Notes under the pieces: model-generated | The model's input: only the letters and a program-made list of their open reading frames with translations | The model's database searches: none | Told to the model about the DNA's origin: nothing | From: Kiritimatiellia bacterium | GTDB lineage: Bacteria > Verrucomicrobiota > Kiritimatiellia > RFP12 > UBA1067 | Direction of reading: 5' to 3' | DNA length: 64,000 nucleotides | NCBI GenBank assembly: GCA_050949565.1 | Contig: JBMNFY010000017.1 | Location: 1,376,001-1,440,000, forward strand | Position numbers and translations under genes: made by a program | Shown here: piece by piece, positions 19,387 to 28,519 of the stretch | Layout of the letters: each line of letters starts with the position of its first letter | Position numbering within the stretch: position 1 is the stretch's first letter

Positions 19387-19416
19387 AAGATAGCATTTAT
19401 CCGGCCTTTGTGTCAA
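19387..19416 (-). promoter_or_regulatory. Sigma70 promoter with extended -10
   Basis: -35 TTGACA (19416-19411); TG-n-TATCTT (-10 at 19392-19387). Confidence 0.7.
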
Positions 19417-19529
19417 CCGCTGATTTTGACAAATTCCGCCCCGCGTTCCGCCCCCTTGATTTTGACGCGCCGGCCATAGTTGCACACTGTACACGCCGAC
19501 ACTCGCATGTCGTGTTGATTCCTTCACTA

Positions 19530-19565
19530 GCCTCCCCCGTCTGACCACAGGCGGGGGAGGTTTTT
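19530..19565 (+). terminator. Intrinsic terminator
   Basis: CCTCCCCCG...CGGGGGAGG followed by a T run. Confidence 0.75.
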
Positions 19566-19587
19566 GTTTTACCGTATGGCCATAGCT

Positions 19588-20085
19588 ATGGACGTGATCG
19601 TAACAGGGACAGAGGAACTGCTCGCCGCATTAGACAAGTTGCCTGCGACAGCCCGGGCTGCGGCCGTACGCGGAATCACGCGAGCCACTACGCTCGTGTG
19701 GCGCGAATCGGTGAAGAACGCGCCGAGATCGCCGACGGCGGCGCAGAAGGCCAGATTCACGCGCAAGACGCGCCGCGACACATCGGCAAGACGAAAGGCA
19801 ACGGCGCACACACGCGCGAAACCGGGCGGTCTGGAACGCTCAATTTCGATGGACGTGAACGCATCCGCAATCGCGGGTGCGGTGTTCGTGGCTCGGAACG
19901 CGGAGGCCGGAAAGTACGCCAAGCGTATCCACGATGAAAAGGGGGCTTCGTGGCAGAACAGAGGCCCGGGAACAATCGCCAAGGGTCCGCGAGCAGACGA
20001 ACTGTTCATCTCCCGTGCGCTTGAAGATAACCGCCCGAAGATCGACGCGATCATGGCGGAAGAAATGCGGAAGGTGGACCTATGA
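19588..20085 (+). CDS. HK97 gp10-like tail completion protein
   Basis: VTGTEELLAAL, GGLERSI, YAKRIHD, FISRALED. Confidence 0.7.
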   Translation: MDVIVTGTEELLAALDKLPATARAAAVRGITRATTLVWRESVKNAPRSPTAAQKARFTRKTRRDTSARRKATAHTRAKPGGLERSISMDVNASAIAGAVFVARNAEAGKYAKRIHDEKGASWQNRGPGTIAKGPRADELFISRALEDNRPKIDAIMAEEMRKVDL

Positions 20086-20555
20086 TTGACCCGGCATCAT
20101 TCGAGACGGCATGGACAGAGGCGGAGCGGCGCGCGTTCGAGGTGCTTATTGCAGCCGCAGGCGGCACTGAAAACCGCGACGCATTTCTCGGGCGCAACCC
20201 CGGCATCCTGAACGCCTGGCATTTTACGAGCCTCGACGTGACCAACATCGGCGAGAGCGTGCTGCTCGCCCGCGACCTCCCGTCCCTCGGCATCCCCTAC
20301 TACGCCGAGTGCGCGTACCTGAACCGCGACCGCTGCCAGGAGTGGGCGATGCGCGTGATCGCCGGACTGCCGCTGGTGCAGGATGAAATGTCGAACATCG
20401 CCTTGTTCCGGATCAACGGGATCGGCGGGATCGACCATATCACCGTGGACGTGCCGAACGAGAAGCAGCCGGTTGACGTGTGGGGCCTGCGCTTGACGTT
20501 CGATCTCGTGTTCGCTACCGGCGGCAAGCAGAACGCCGTCACGGCCACGGCTTGA
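20082..20555 (+). CDS. Putative tail terminator protein
   Basis: Size and position between the gp10-like gene and the tail tube gene. Confidence 0.5.
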   Translation: MIDPASFETAWTEAERRAFEVLIAAAGGTENRDAFLGRNPGILNAWHFTSLDVTNIGESVLLARDLPSLGIPYYAECAYLNRDRCQEWAMRVIAGLPLVQDEMSNIALFRINGIGGIDHITVDVPNEKQPVDVWGLRLTFDLVFATGGKQNAVTATA

Positions 20556-20584
20556 CGGCGCGGCCATAGGAAAGGAGAAAACCT

Positions 20585-21313
20585 ATGACCACAACCCCAA
20601 CTTTTTTCAGTCCCACCGACGCAATCGACATCAACACGCTGCTGGGGCTCGGCGAAACCGACCCGAAGTGGGTCATCCAGACCGCCGGACCCAGCACACA
20701 GAAAGACCGCGCGTCCGGGCTCGGCGCCGACGGCGATGAGGTCGCGAAAGAAGAATACAACAAGCGCAAGTCCGTCTCGCTGACCTACAAATGCTTTTCG
20801 GCGACAGGGAACCTGTCGCTCCCCTCCGCAGGCACTATTTCAGGCGGCTACCACATCGACAGCGTCGCTCTGGCCTATTCGCCGACCGACTGGCCGACGC
20901 TGACCGTGACCGCCCACAAGCACGACGACGGCGCGACGCACGCGGCCGATTCCTGCCGGACATACACGACCGACCTTGTGTTCCCCGCCCAGTTCGGAGT
21001 GCCGTCCTCGATCAGCGACGGGACAGCGACGGTCATGTTCGCGATGTCTGTCGCGGGGATCGGCATGCGCTCGCTGTCGTTCAGCCTCGCCTGCACCCAC
21101 GTCGACGAGCAGGGAAGCGCGGGCAACTGGCTGGCCGGCGAAAACCACGACGGCGTGGAAACACTAGACGCCGAGTTCACTGGTGTTCCGGCGAGCGGAG
21201 ATTTGACGATCCACGCCGACTGGACAATGACCAGTGACGGCGAAACGAGCGGCAACACGGCCGTGGATTCCCGCACCGTCTCGCTGACACGCCACATCGC
21301 CAAGGACGATTAA
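20585..21313 (+). CDS. Putative major tail tube protein
   Basis: Thr/Ser/Gly-rich 242 aa with two similar halves; strong AAGGAG RBS; position. Confidence 0.6.
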   Translation: MTTTPTFFSPTDAIDINTLLGLGETDPKWVIQTAGPSTQKDRASGLGADGDEVAKEEYNKRKSVSLTYKCFSATGNLSLPSAGTISGGYHIDSVALAYSPTDWPTLTVTAHKHDDGATHAADSCRTYTTDLVFPAQFGVPSSISDGTATVMFAMSVAGIGMRSLSFSLACTHVDEQGSAGNWLAGENHDGVETLDAEFTGVPASGDLTIHADWTMTSDGETSGNTAVDSRTVSLTRHIAKDD

Positions 21314-21318
21314 TCGCT

Positions 21319-22047
21319 GTGATCGCAAAGCCGACCATTCATCCGATGGCCGAACAGCACCTGCGCGAACTGCGCGAGCGCTGGGGCATCGAGCCTGATC
21401 TGAGCGAGGCGCTCTGGATCGTGCAGCTTTGCGACAGGGTGCTCCACCCGACCGGCGACCGCGCCGACCTGTGCGGACTCCCCGTGCGGGCCGGCGTGTC
21501 CGATGTCTGGCTCTGGCCGGTCACGATAGGCGCAGGCATCTTTATCGAGGACAGGCTCCAGCGGTGGTACGGCGGCGACAACCGCCGTGGGACGCTCGCG
21601 CTGGCATGGGTGCTGGCACACGCGAGAGATTCTCAAGCCCTGCGGCAGGCGGCGCGCGGCAGGGAGTTCGCCGACGCGCTGATCGACGAATGGACCGCCG
21701 GGCTGACATGCACCGTCCCCGAGCTTGAGGTGGCGCTTGACGAATTGCTGCCGCCGTCCCCCGAGAAAAAAGACGAACAGGAACCGGCCGAACCGGCGGG
21801 CGCCAACTGGCCGGAGATCGTGCGCGAGCTTGAGGTCATCACGGGACTTCCGGCAGACCACTGGCTGTGGGACATCTCGCGCGACGGCACGGTCAGCGCA
21901 TGGCTGAAAGCGCGCGCGGTAGTCGCGGCGAAAGCCGGCGGTCCAGCGCCGCGCATGTTGTCAGAGATCGATGCCGCGCTACAGGATCTCGCCACTGCCA
22001 AAGCTGCGATCATCAAAGCGCACAAGGAAGCCGACAGTGAGCAATAA
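21319..22047 (+). CDS. Putative tail assembly chaperone
   Basis: Lies between the tube gene and the tape measure gene. Confidence 0.5.
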   Translation: MIAKPTIHPMAEQHLRELRERWGIEPDLSEALWIVQLCDRVLHPTGDRADLCGLPVRAGVSDVWLWPVTIGAGIFIEDRLQRWYGGDNRRGTLALAWVLAHARDSQALRQAARGREFADALIDEWTAGLTCTVPELEVALDELLPPSPEKKDEQEPAEPAGANWPEIVRELEVITGLPADHWLWDISRDGTVSAWLKARAVVAAKAGGPAPRMLSEIDAALQDLATAKAAIIKAHKEADSEQ

Positions 22048-23368
22048 AGTCCTTGAATACATCATCCGCGCGATCGATAAGACACGCGGGGGAACCAGCT
22101 CGGCGCGGAAGAACGTCGAGGAAATGGCCGACGCCGGTGAGAAGGCATCGAGCAGGTGGGGCGACGCGATGGCCGGACTTGGCGCGAAGATCAGCCTCGT
22201 CACGCTGGCGTTCAAAGTGGGGTGGGACATCGGCAAAAAGATAAACGAATGGATCTCCCCCACTCAGCGGCTGGCCAAGGCATGGGAAAAGGTCGCCGAG
22301 CGCGCTAAACAGGCGCAACAATATATCGCTGGGCACATCCGAGAACTAAAAGAGGTGTTGCGGCAAGCAAGGGATGCGGATAATGCTGACGAACGGCGTA
22401 TTCGGAGGGCTGCAGATTTTAAGGTGGGCATGTTGAATGCAGACAAGACCAGCATCAGCCCAGAAGAGGCCGCCATTCGCAGGGATGAAGCCAGCTACCT
22501 CAAGAATCTGGCGGATCGCCGCGTCAAAGAAACTCAAAAACAACTCGATGAAGCGCGTCGTGAGCAAGAGCAGGCCAGAAGTAGAGCACAAAGCCTTGTG
22601 CGTCCAGAAGGCATATCTGATAAAGACTGGGAGACACGCAAAAAAAATGTCGTCACGGCAGGCAAGCTCGCGGATGAAAAGGTCGCACTCCTAGAAAAAT
22701 CGCTTGCCGAAGTTTCAGAAACGGCGGCAGAGGCGGAAGGAGACCTGATTCTCGCAGAAGCTAAACTTGCCGGCTCTATCAAGAAGAAAAATGAAGACGC
22801 GATCAAAGCTCAAGAGGCAGAGACTCAGAAACGGCTAAAAGCAGAAGAAGCTGTAGCCAAAAAACGTGAGGCGCAGCTTGCAAGAGAAGCCGAACTGATG
22901 CGTAGAGCAGCGGCAAAAGAAGCAGCCGAACGGGAGCGGGCGGCGATCAAGGCAGCCCAAGCCGAACATCGCGTCAGAGTCAACAACATCCGCAAAGAGA
23001 TAACCGTCTCGTCCGAGGCACAATCCCGCGCATCTGATCGGTTAGCCCGCGCGCAAACAGCGGCGCAGCAGGCGTGGCAGTGGTACCGCGATCCGGATGC
23101 GTTCGAGTCGCAGCTAAAAAGAGAACGCGAGGACGCCGACGCGGAGGCGCAGTTCCAGCGCGACTTCGAGTGGCTCAAAAAACAGCGCTACGGCAAATGG
23201 GGCGAACAGGACTGGAGGACAGCAGAATTGAGGGGCGAAAGCGAGGCGATCAAGCGTGTCGCGCTCGCACGCGAGGAACAGGAAAATGCGCGCAACGAGC
23301 TGAAAGAGATCGCGGCGAACACCAGGGGGCTTTCCGACAAGCTCGACGAAATCATGAGGGCTAAGTAA
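22037..23368 (+). CDS. Short tape-measure-like protein
   Basis: LEYIIRAIDKT start; AFKVGWDIGKKI segment; long Ala/Glu/Arg coiled coil; ends EIAANTRGL. Confidence 0.7.
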   Translation: MSNKVLEYIIRAIDKTRGGTSSARKNVEEMADAGEKASSRWGDAMAGLGAKISLVTLAFKVGWDIGKKINEWISPTQRLAKAWEKVAERAKQAQQYIAGHIRELKEVLRQARDADNADERRIRRAADFKVGMLNADKTSISPEEAAIRRDEASYLKNLADRRVKETQKQLDEARREQEQARSRAQSLVRPEGISDKDWETRKKNVVTAGKLADEKVALLEKSLAEVSETAAEAEGDLILAEAKLAGSIKKKNEDAIKAQEAETQKRLKAEEAVAKKREAQLAREAELMRRAAAKEAAERERAAIKAAQAEHRVRVNNIRKEITVSSEAQSRASDRLARAQTAAQQAWQWYRDPDAFESQLKREREDADAEAQFQRDFEWLKKQRYGKWGEQDWRTAELRGESEAIKRVALAREEQENARNELKEIAANTRGLSDKLDEIMRAK

Positions 23369-23787
23369 TGGGATGGATCGACCAGGTTTCATTCAGCATC
23401 GTCGAGCACAGCAAAATCCCGTCGCTATCGTTCCAGAGTCGGCAGGACCCCCGTGTGCGCGGCGAAACGCGCCATTACTACATCAACGGCGTCCAACAAG
23501 AGAGAACTTATACCGTCTGGGTCCCGTATGAGCAAGAGCAGCGGCGGTGGGTGAAAACGGTGACGGAAACAACGGTGTCAGAGGCTGTCGGGTTGACGCG
23601 GGCTGCGGCTCAAAGCTACGGACAAGAAAGCGGACAAATAAACGCCGGAACAGAGGAATGGTCGTCGACCTATTATACATCACAAAAAATGAACGATGCC
23701 GACGGATGGAAGGTTGTGAAAATCGAAACCACGGTGACTGTCACCCGTGGGCAATGGATGGACTATAATCCGCCGCCGGCGGGGTAA
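23368..23787 (+). CDS. Phage tail-tip region hypothetical protein
   Basis: Coupled to the tape measure gene (TAATG). Confidence 0.65.
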   Translation: MGWIDQVSFSIVEHSKIPSLSFQSRQDPRVRGETRHYYINGVQQERTYTVWVPYEQEQRRWVKTVTETTVSEAVGLTRAAAQSYGQESGQINAGTEEWSSTYYTSQKMNDADGWKVVKIETTVTVTRGQWMDYNPPPAG

Positions 23788-23803
23788 CTTCGGGAGATCG
23801 TGA

Positions 23804-24220
23804 ATGATCAAGAAGGTAAAGCGCGGAGAGTTTCTGGCGACGGCCTGGGGGTCGCGCGACTACAACGAGGTCGCAGACTTTGTGAACGGTGCGGAGGGCG
23901 GCGATGGCGTAACAGTAAAGCGCGGCAAAAACGGCGGACTGCAGATCAACCTGGGAGACGGCTCGTTCCAGTTCAGGCATGTCACCATAGTCGATCAGAC
24001 GACGACCGGCGACGGGCGCAACGCGCTGGCGTTCAGGCGCGTCTGTGTCCTCTGCACGACGCCATCCGATCCATTCGCGATAATTCCGTTACCAAACACG
24101 GAAGCAGAAGAGGGCTGGAGCGTGACGCCGGAATTCAACTCTTATGACGAGCTCGTAAGCCTGACTTTCACGCAGGGCGAAACGGTAAAGGTTGTCGATG
24201 TTGAACCGTGCGACGAATAG
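23804..24220 (+). CDS. Phage tail-tip region hypothetical protein
   Basis: GGAG RBS; co-oriented with the module. Confidence 0.6.
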   Translation: MIKKVKRGEFLATAWGSRDYNEVADFVNGAEGGDGVTVKRGKNGGLQINLGDGSFQFRHVTIVDQTTTGDGRNALAFRRVCVLCTTPSDPFAIIPLPNTEAEEGWSVTPEFNSYDELVSLTFTQGETVKVVDVEPCDE

Positions 24221-24233
24221 GGGGACGTTGTAA

Positions 24234-24677
24234 ATGGCAGAGCCGGGCGGTTCAAGTGCCCCATGCGGAGGGCTGAGACGGAATCAGGCGGGTGCCCTGC
24301 TCAGGAACGCCGTGACGGGGGCGTTGCTATCGCAATGCCCATCTGGCGGCGGTACGCCTCCCGATCCTCCTGAAACGAAGAGCTACAAGTGTTCGTGGAC
24401 TCAACGCGAGATTGTGCGTGCTGGTGTAGCGGGGCCGGTGATTTCCGAGTATAGCTTCGATAGAGATTATGTAGAAAGCGTCCGCGAAGATTTGTCGCCG
24501 AAGGAATTTGATATTGCGGTAGTCCAAGATCCAGATGGCACTGTATATTGGGCAACCGGATCGCTTTCGTTCAACGGAGATTTCACAATAACACCAAATT
24601 TCATTGAGTTCGACAGCGGACCTCTGCATCACGAGATAACCATGATCAACATCAGTAGTGTGCTGTGGGGATCATGA
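24234..24677 (+). CDS. Phage hypothetical protein (lower-GC 3' part)
   Basis: Co-oriented ORF with RBS-like GGGGA. Confidence 0.55.
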   Translation: MAEPGGSSAPCGGLRRNQAGALLRNAVTGALLSQCPSGGGTPPDPPETKSYKCSWTQREIVRAGVAGPVISEYSFDRDYVESVREDLSPKEFDIAVVQDPDGTVYWATGSLSFNGDFTITPNFIEFDSGPLHHEITMINISSVLWGS

Positions 24678-24874
24678 GCATGAAGGTCCGCGAGTGGATA
24701 GCTTTGACCGAGGCCATACGCGCGAGCGGCAACGCTGAGCTGAACAGATTGCTCGACAGGTATCACCGTAAGCTTTTTACGGACGACAAGACATGTTGGG
24801 TGGCCGGGGCTCGCAGACACATTGCGATGCGGGCGGCCGCGCTAGGGGTTACGAAAAAAACGAACTCCGTTTGA
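24674..24874 (+). CDS. Small phage hypothetical protein
   Basis: ATGA overlap with the upstream gene. Confidence 0.55.
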   Translation: MSMKVREWIALTEAIRASGNAELNRLLDRYHRKLFTDDKTCWVAGARRHIAMRAAALGVTKKTNSV

Positions 24875-24890
24875 CCGCGCGGCCAATAGC

Positions 24891-25859
24891 ATGAGAGCCA
24901 TTGCAATTTTCCTGACATGCGCCATGACGGCATGTGCCATCGCCGGGCGCGTCGAGCAGATCACGCTCGACCTCGAACGCCCGGCGCGTCCGTTCGCGCT
25001 GACGGTCACCGAGGCGACGGACGTAACCGTCCGCGCGAACCTGCTGTCGGCCGGAGCGGAGTTTGACCCGACCGGCTGGACAGGACTCCTGTGGATCGGC
25101 GACCGTGGCGGCGACGGCGGCGGCATGACGCTGACCAACGGCACGGCCGTCCACGGACGCATGACATGGGAGCTCGCGGCGGCATCGACGCCGACCAACG
25201 GCAGATACGACGCGATTGTCCTAGGGGCACAGGACGGGCGGATCGAAGAGTGGGGGCGCGGCGCGGCCGTGGTGCGGCTGAACCCGGCGCGCACGTCGCT
25301 CCCCGCCGAATGGTCGTACGGCGACCTCTCGTATGTGATCGCGACGCAGGCGCTCGCGGCCGCATCCGCCGCGGCGACCACGCAGCGGGTGGATGAGCTC
25401 GAAGCACTGCTGGCTGAGAGCTATATGCAACGAGAGGAATCGGACGCATGCTACATGCTCCGGACGGGGCGCGTCGATGTGGCCGGCGACTGGATGGTGA
25501 GCGTCCCGGGCGGATCGTCGTTGTCGTTGAGGTCTAGTCCGAGTCTTAATCTGATCGACACGAGCAACTCTAACTTGCGTCGTAGCGTGGCACTAGACAC
25601 GATGCGTTTAAGATTTGCGATAAGCACTATATCTCCTCCGTCTGGTCATATGTGGACGTACAGTTTTGCGCCCGGCAATCCAGACACAGTTATTCGCAGA
25701 GAGGACATGCCGGAGTTCACCGACCCGCTGGCGACGAAGGTGTACGTTGACAATTCGATTCTGAACATGTCCGCGCCGATGCTGATAATCGATGGAGTGA
25801 CATACCGGCAGTACTGGGACACGAACCTACTCACGACAGCATGGGAGCCGGTGCAATGA
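24891..25859 (+). CDS. Tail fibre/baseplate-like protein with signal peptide
   Basis: MRAIAIFLTCAMTACAIA signal; beta-rich N-domain, short coiled coil, variable C-part. Confidence 0.6.
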   Translation: MRAIAIFLTCAMTACAIAGRVEQITLDLERPARPFALTVTEATDVTVRANLLSAGAEFDPTGWTGLLWIGDRGGDGGGMTLTNGTAVHGRMTWELAAASTPTNGRYDAIVLGAQDGRIEEWGRGAAVVRLNPARTSLPAEWSYGDLSYVIATQALAAASAAATTQRVDELEALLAESYMQREESDACYMLRTGRVDVAGDWMVSVPGGSSLSLRSSPSLNLIDTSNSNLRRSVALDTMRLRFAISTISPPSGHMWTYSFAPGNPDTVIRREDMPEFTDPLATKVYVDNSILNMSAPMLIIDGVTYRQYWDTNLLTTAWEPVQ

Positions 25860-26674
25860 GGCGAATCATTTTCATGATAGCGGCGTTGATCGCGGCGGGC
25901 GCGGCACAGGGGCAGATCAGCGGCGGGTGGTTTGACTTGACCGTTCACGACGCGGTGTTCGGCGACGGCGGCAGCAATCTCGTGTCGGGCACAATACACC
26001 CTCTCGGCGTGGTGCCCACGATGCAGGAATTTCGCGAGGCAGAGGCGGCGATCATCCAGGCCGACGCCGTGGCCACGCAGGCGCTCGCGATCGCGGTGGC
26101 GTCGAGCAACCGGGCGGCGACCGCGTGGCACGACGTGGCGGATCTCACGTCGAACGGCGTGTGGGAGATCGCTTTTACCATGAGCGCTCTGCGGGGAGTC
26201 GGCGCGGCGGACGACATCGCCAGCGAGACGGTCGGGTTCAGCGTCGAGGACACGGCGGACGGGCGGCAGTGCCACATCATCCAGTGGTTCGCCGAGGTTC
26301 CTCCGCAGATGCCTGATTTTGTCGCCACGCACACGACCAACCTGCTCGAAAACGGGTTCGAGGAAATCACGGTGACGAACACGTTCCCGAATCAAATCGG
26401 GACACCGGCAGACTACGGGAAAACGGGCGGCGCCTGCTACCGCGTGACGGCGACCGTCCCGTTGTCTTGGGGGCAGTGTTTCTTCAAACTGCTCGCAACC
26501 GGATTCGTGATCCGGGGTAACGCGCTGCCCATCGTGCGCGGCGTAGCTGGAGGCGCGCATCACGACATAGTCGCACTCGACGCGGTGGGCTTGACCAACG
26601 TCGTTTTGAACATCCGCGGCGGGTTCGCGGTGGATACCAACAACCCGCTCGTGATCATGATGATGGAACCGTAA
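25856..26674 (+). CDS. Phage protein with signal peptide
   Basis: MRRIIFMIAALIAAGAAQG signal; ATGA overlap. Confidence 0.65.
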   Translation: MRRIIFMIAALIAAGAAQGQISGGWFDLTVHDAVFGDGGSNLVSGTIHPLGVVPTMQEFREAEAAIIQADAVATQALAIAVASSNRAATAWHDVADLTSNGVWEIAFTMSALRGVGAADDIASETVGFSVEDTADGRQCHIIQWFAEVPPQMPDFVATHTTNLLENGFEEITVTNTFPNQIGTPADYGKTGGACYRVTATVPLSWGQCFFKLLATGFVIRGNALPIVRGVAGGAHHDIVALDAVGLTNVVLNIRGGFAVDTNNPLVIMMMEP

Positions 26675-26676
26675 CG

Positions 26677-27675
26677 ATGACAATCCACGAACAGTGCCAG
26701 CTTGAACTCGCCGCGTGGCTGTTTGTGCTCGCGGCCGTACCGCTCTGTCTCGCGGCGCGGTGGCTGATACGGCGTCGCCGCTGGCACCCGCTACCGACCA
26801 TGGGCGTTGTGTTGATCGGTGGTTTGTGCGCGGCGGCGTTCGCACTGGCCGACGGCGAAAGAGGAAAGCCTGTGCCACCGCAGGTGTACCGCTACATGAG
26901 AGTCCGGAAAGAATGGCTTAAATGGACGCAGGCGGTGAAAGCGTCGTGGCTGGAAATGCTTTCCGGCATAACGTTCGTCCGTGAGCGCGTCGAGGTGATA
27001 GATACCGAAATCATCGCGATCACGAACGCGGTGAAACGGCCGGCGCGGAAACCGCCGGTAATGCAGTTGCGGCCAAACCTGCTCAACAACCCGAACAATC
27101 AGAACATCAAACTGCGGCCGAAAAATCTGACCAACAACGGCGATGGAACGTGGACGGTTGAGGTGCAGGCATCGCGAGAGATCACAGACGAACCCGCCGT
27201 CATGATGTACCTGCGTCGGCGGCGCGACGGCGCGACATGGTGGGTAGAGCACGAAAGTACGAGCTACCCCAGCAACACATCCGTCAATGCGTACACTTAC
27301 ACGTTCCGTCCACCCGTCGGCGTGGACGGGTACATAGCGGCTGCGGATGAGATTCTGCTTGGAGGTCCGAACGGTTGCCAGATCGAGGGCGTCGTGCTGG
27401 TCGATCCAGTGAGCGGCAAGATGTATGAGGGCATCACCGGAGACTACATCATCGATGGCCGACCGGTGCAGATCAAAGGCGGCGTGTTCAAGATGGAACC
27501 GAAGGTCGCGACGCAGGGCGAGGGCGGTGATCCTGAACCGATGGCGAAATCGGCGGGAGGTACGGGCGCGTTGACAGCACGTGATCTCATTCCTGATGTG
27601 GTAGCAGAGGAACCGGATGTGCCGAGGCTGAAACTGGCCATGCCTCCGCTCGACAACATGAGGACGATCAAATGA
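26677..27675 (+). CDS. Phage membrane-anchored protein
   Basis: Two N-terminal hydrophobic segments separated by RRRR; soluble beta-rich remainder. Confidence 0.62.
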   Translation: MTIHEQCQLELAAWLFVLAAVPLCLAARWLIRRRRWHPLPTMGVVLIGGLCAAAFALADGERGKPVPPQVYRYMRVRKEWLKWTQAVKASWLEMLSGITFVRERVEVIDTEIIAITNAVKRPARKPPVMQLRPNLLNNPNNQNIKLRPKNLTNNGDGTWTVEVQASREITDEPAVMMYLRRRRDGATWWVEHESTSYPSNTSVNAYTYTFRPPVGVDGYIAAADEILLGGPNGCQIEGVVLVDPVSGKMYEGITGDYIIDGRPVQIKGGVFKMEPKVATQGEGGDPEPMAKSAGGTGALTARDLIPDVVAEEPDVPRLKLAMPPLDNMRTIK

Positions 27676-28124
27676 TGGAGCTTGTTTGCAGGATCTACGC
27701 TTGGACTGTCGCCGCCGTCTTGTCCGGTGTCGGCTGGGACATGCAGGCGTTCGGGAACGTGATCGTCTGCGGCGGAACGGCCGTGCAAGTACAGCCGGGG
27801 TGCCTCGCAGCCCGGGCCGTCGGCCTGGTCGGCCTGGTCGGCCTGGTCGCGTCAGCCGGGCTGCGGCAGGCGTGGCCGTTCCCCGCTGCGCTGGCCGCCG
27901 GCACGGCGATGAGCTGGCTTAGATGTTTCACGCTTGTCGCACTCTGTTTGCGCCATCCGGCCATATTTGAGCGCGTACACGGGCAGTGCGGCTATGCAGT
28001 GTTTCTTGCATCGACCTTGGTGCTCTTGGTGCTCTTGGTGATTTTCCGGCGGACACGGTGTCGGCCGGCATCGCGCGGTTCCTTCGGAGTTCCACCGCGC
28101 GATGTAACTTTTCGGCCATTATAG
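27672..28124 (+). CDS. Exosortase/archaeosortase-like membrane protein
   Basis: VQPGC (Cys), SWLR (Arg) and FERVHGQCGYAVF (His) in the order and membrane context of the exosortase triad. Confidence 0.6.
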   Translation: MMELVCRIYAWTVAAVLSGVGWDMQAFGNVIVCGGTAVQVQPGCLAARAVGLVGLVGLVASAGLRQAWPFPAALAAGTAMSWLRCFTLVALCLRHPAIFERVHGQCGYAVFLASTLVLLVLLVIFRRTRCRPASRGSFGVPPRDVTFRPL

Positions 28125-28136
28125 AGGAGTTTTTTC

Positions 28137-28472
28137 ATGGTTGTAAAATCGTTCAAAGAAGAAGTGCGGTACGGGACGATACGCATTTTTGCCGTCATGC
28201 TGATTGCTTCGCTTTTCGCCGTCTCGCTGGTGGTGGCCACGGAGATGCCCGATCCGTTCACAGCGGCCGAGCGTATCGAAAAACTGAGCGCCACCGGCAT
28301 ACTCGCATTCGGGTTCATTCTGAGCTTAGGAACGACAGCCTATTTGATCAAGCTACAGTTCAGTAAATTTGACACGATCATCGAAGCGAACACCAGAGTG
28401 ATCGCGGAAACTTGCCGCGCGATGGAGCAGGTGCAATCTGCGATAAATCACTGTCGGCGCAGCAACGAGTAA
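28137..28472 (+). CDS. Holin-like or membrane protein
   Basis: Two hydrophobic segments and a C-terminal coiled coil; GAGGAG RBS. Confidence 0.55.
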   Translation: MVVKSFKEEVRYGTIRIFAVMLIASLFAVSLVVATEMPDPFTAAERIEKLSATGILAFGFILSLGTTAYLIKLQFSKFDTIIEANTRVIAETCRAMEQVQSAINHCRRSNE

Positions 28473-28519
28473 CGACGATTTCATCCACGGCGCGATGCCG
28501 TGGCCAACAGGAGAAACAC

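Noticed and set aside
19258-19548. Short ORFs as a protein immunity gene for the MuF toxin
   Set aside because: No RBS or protein-like composition; the region is better explained by promoter, hairpins and terminators.
26640-26780. Split PEP-CTERM-like signal (EP-stop, then TM plus RRRR)
   Set aside because: The downstream ORF is in a different frame and no slippery site is evident.
24891-27675. Diversity-generating retroelement target
   Set aside because: No reverse transcriptase and no template/variable repeat pair were seen.
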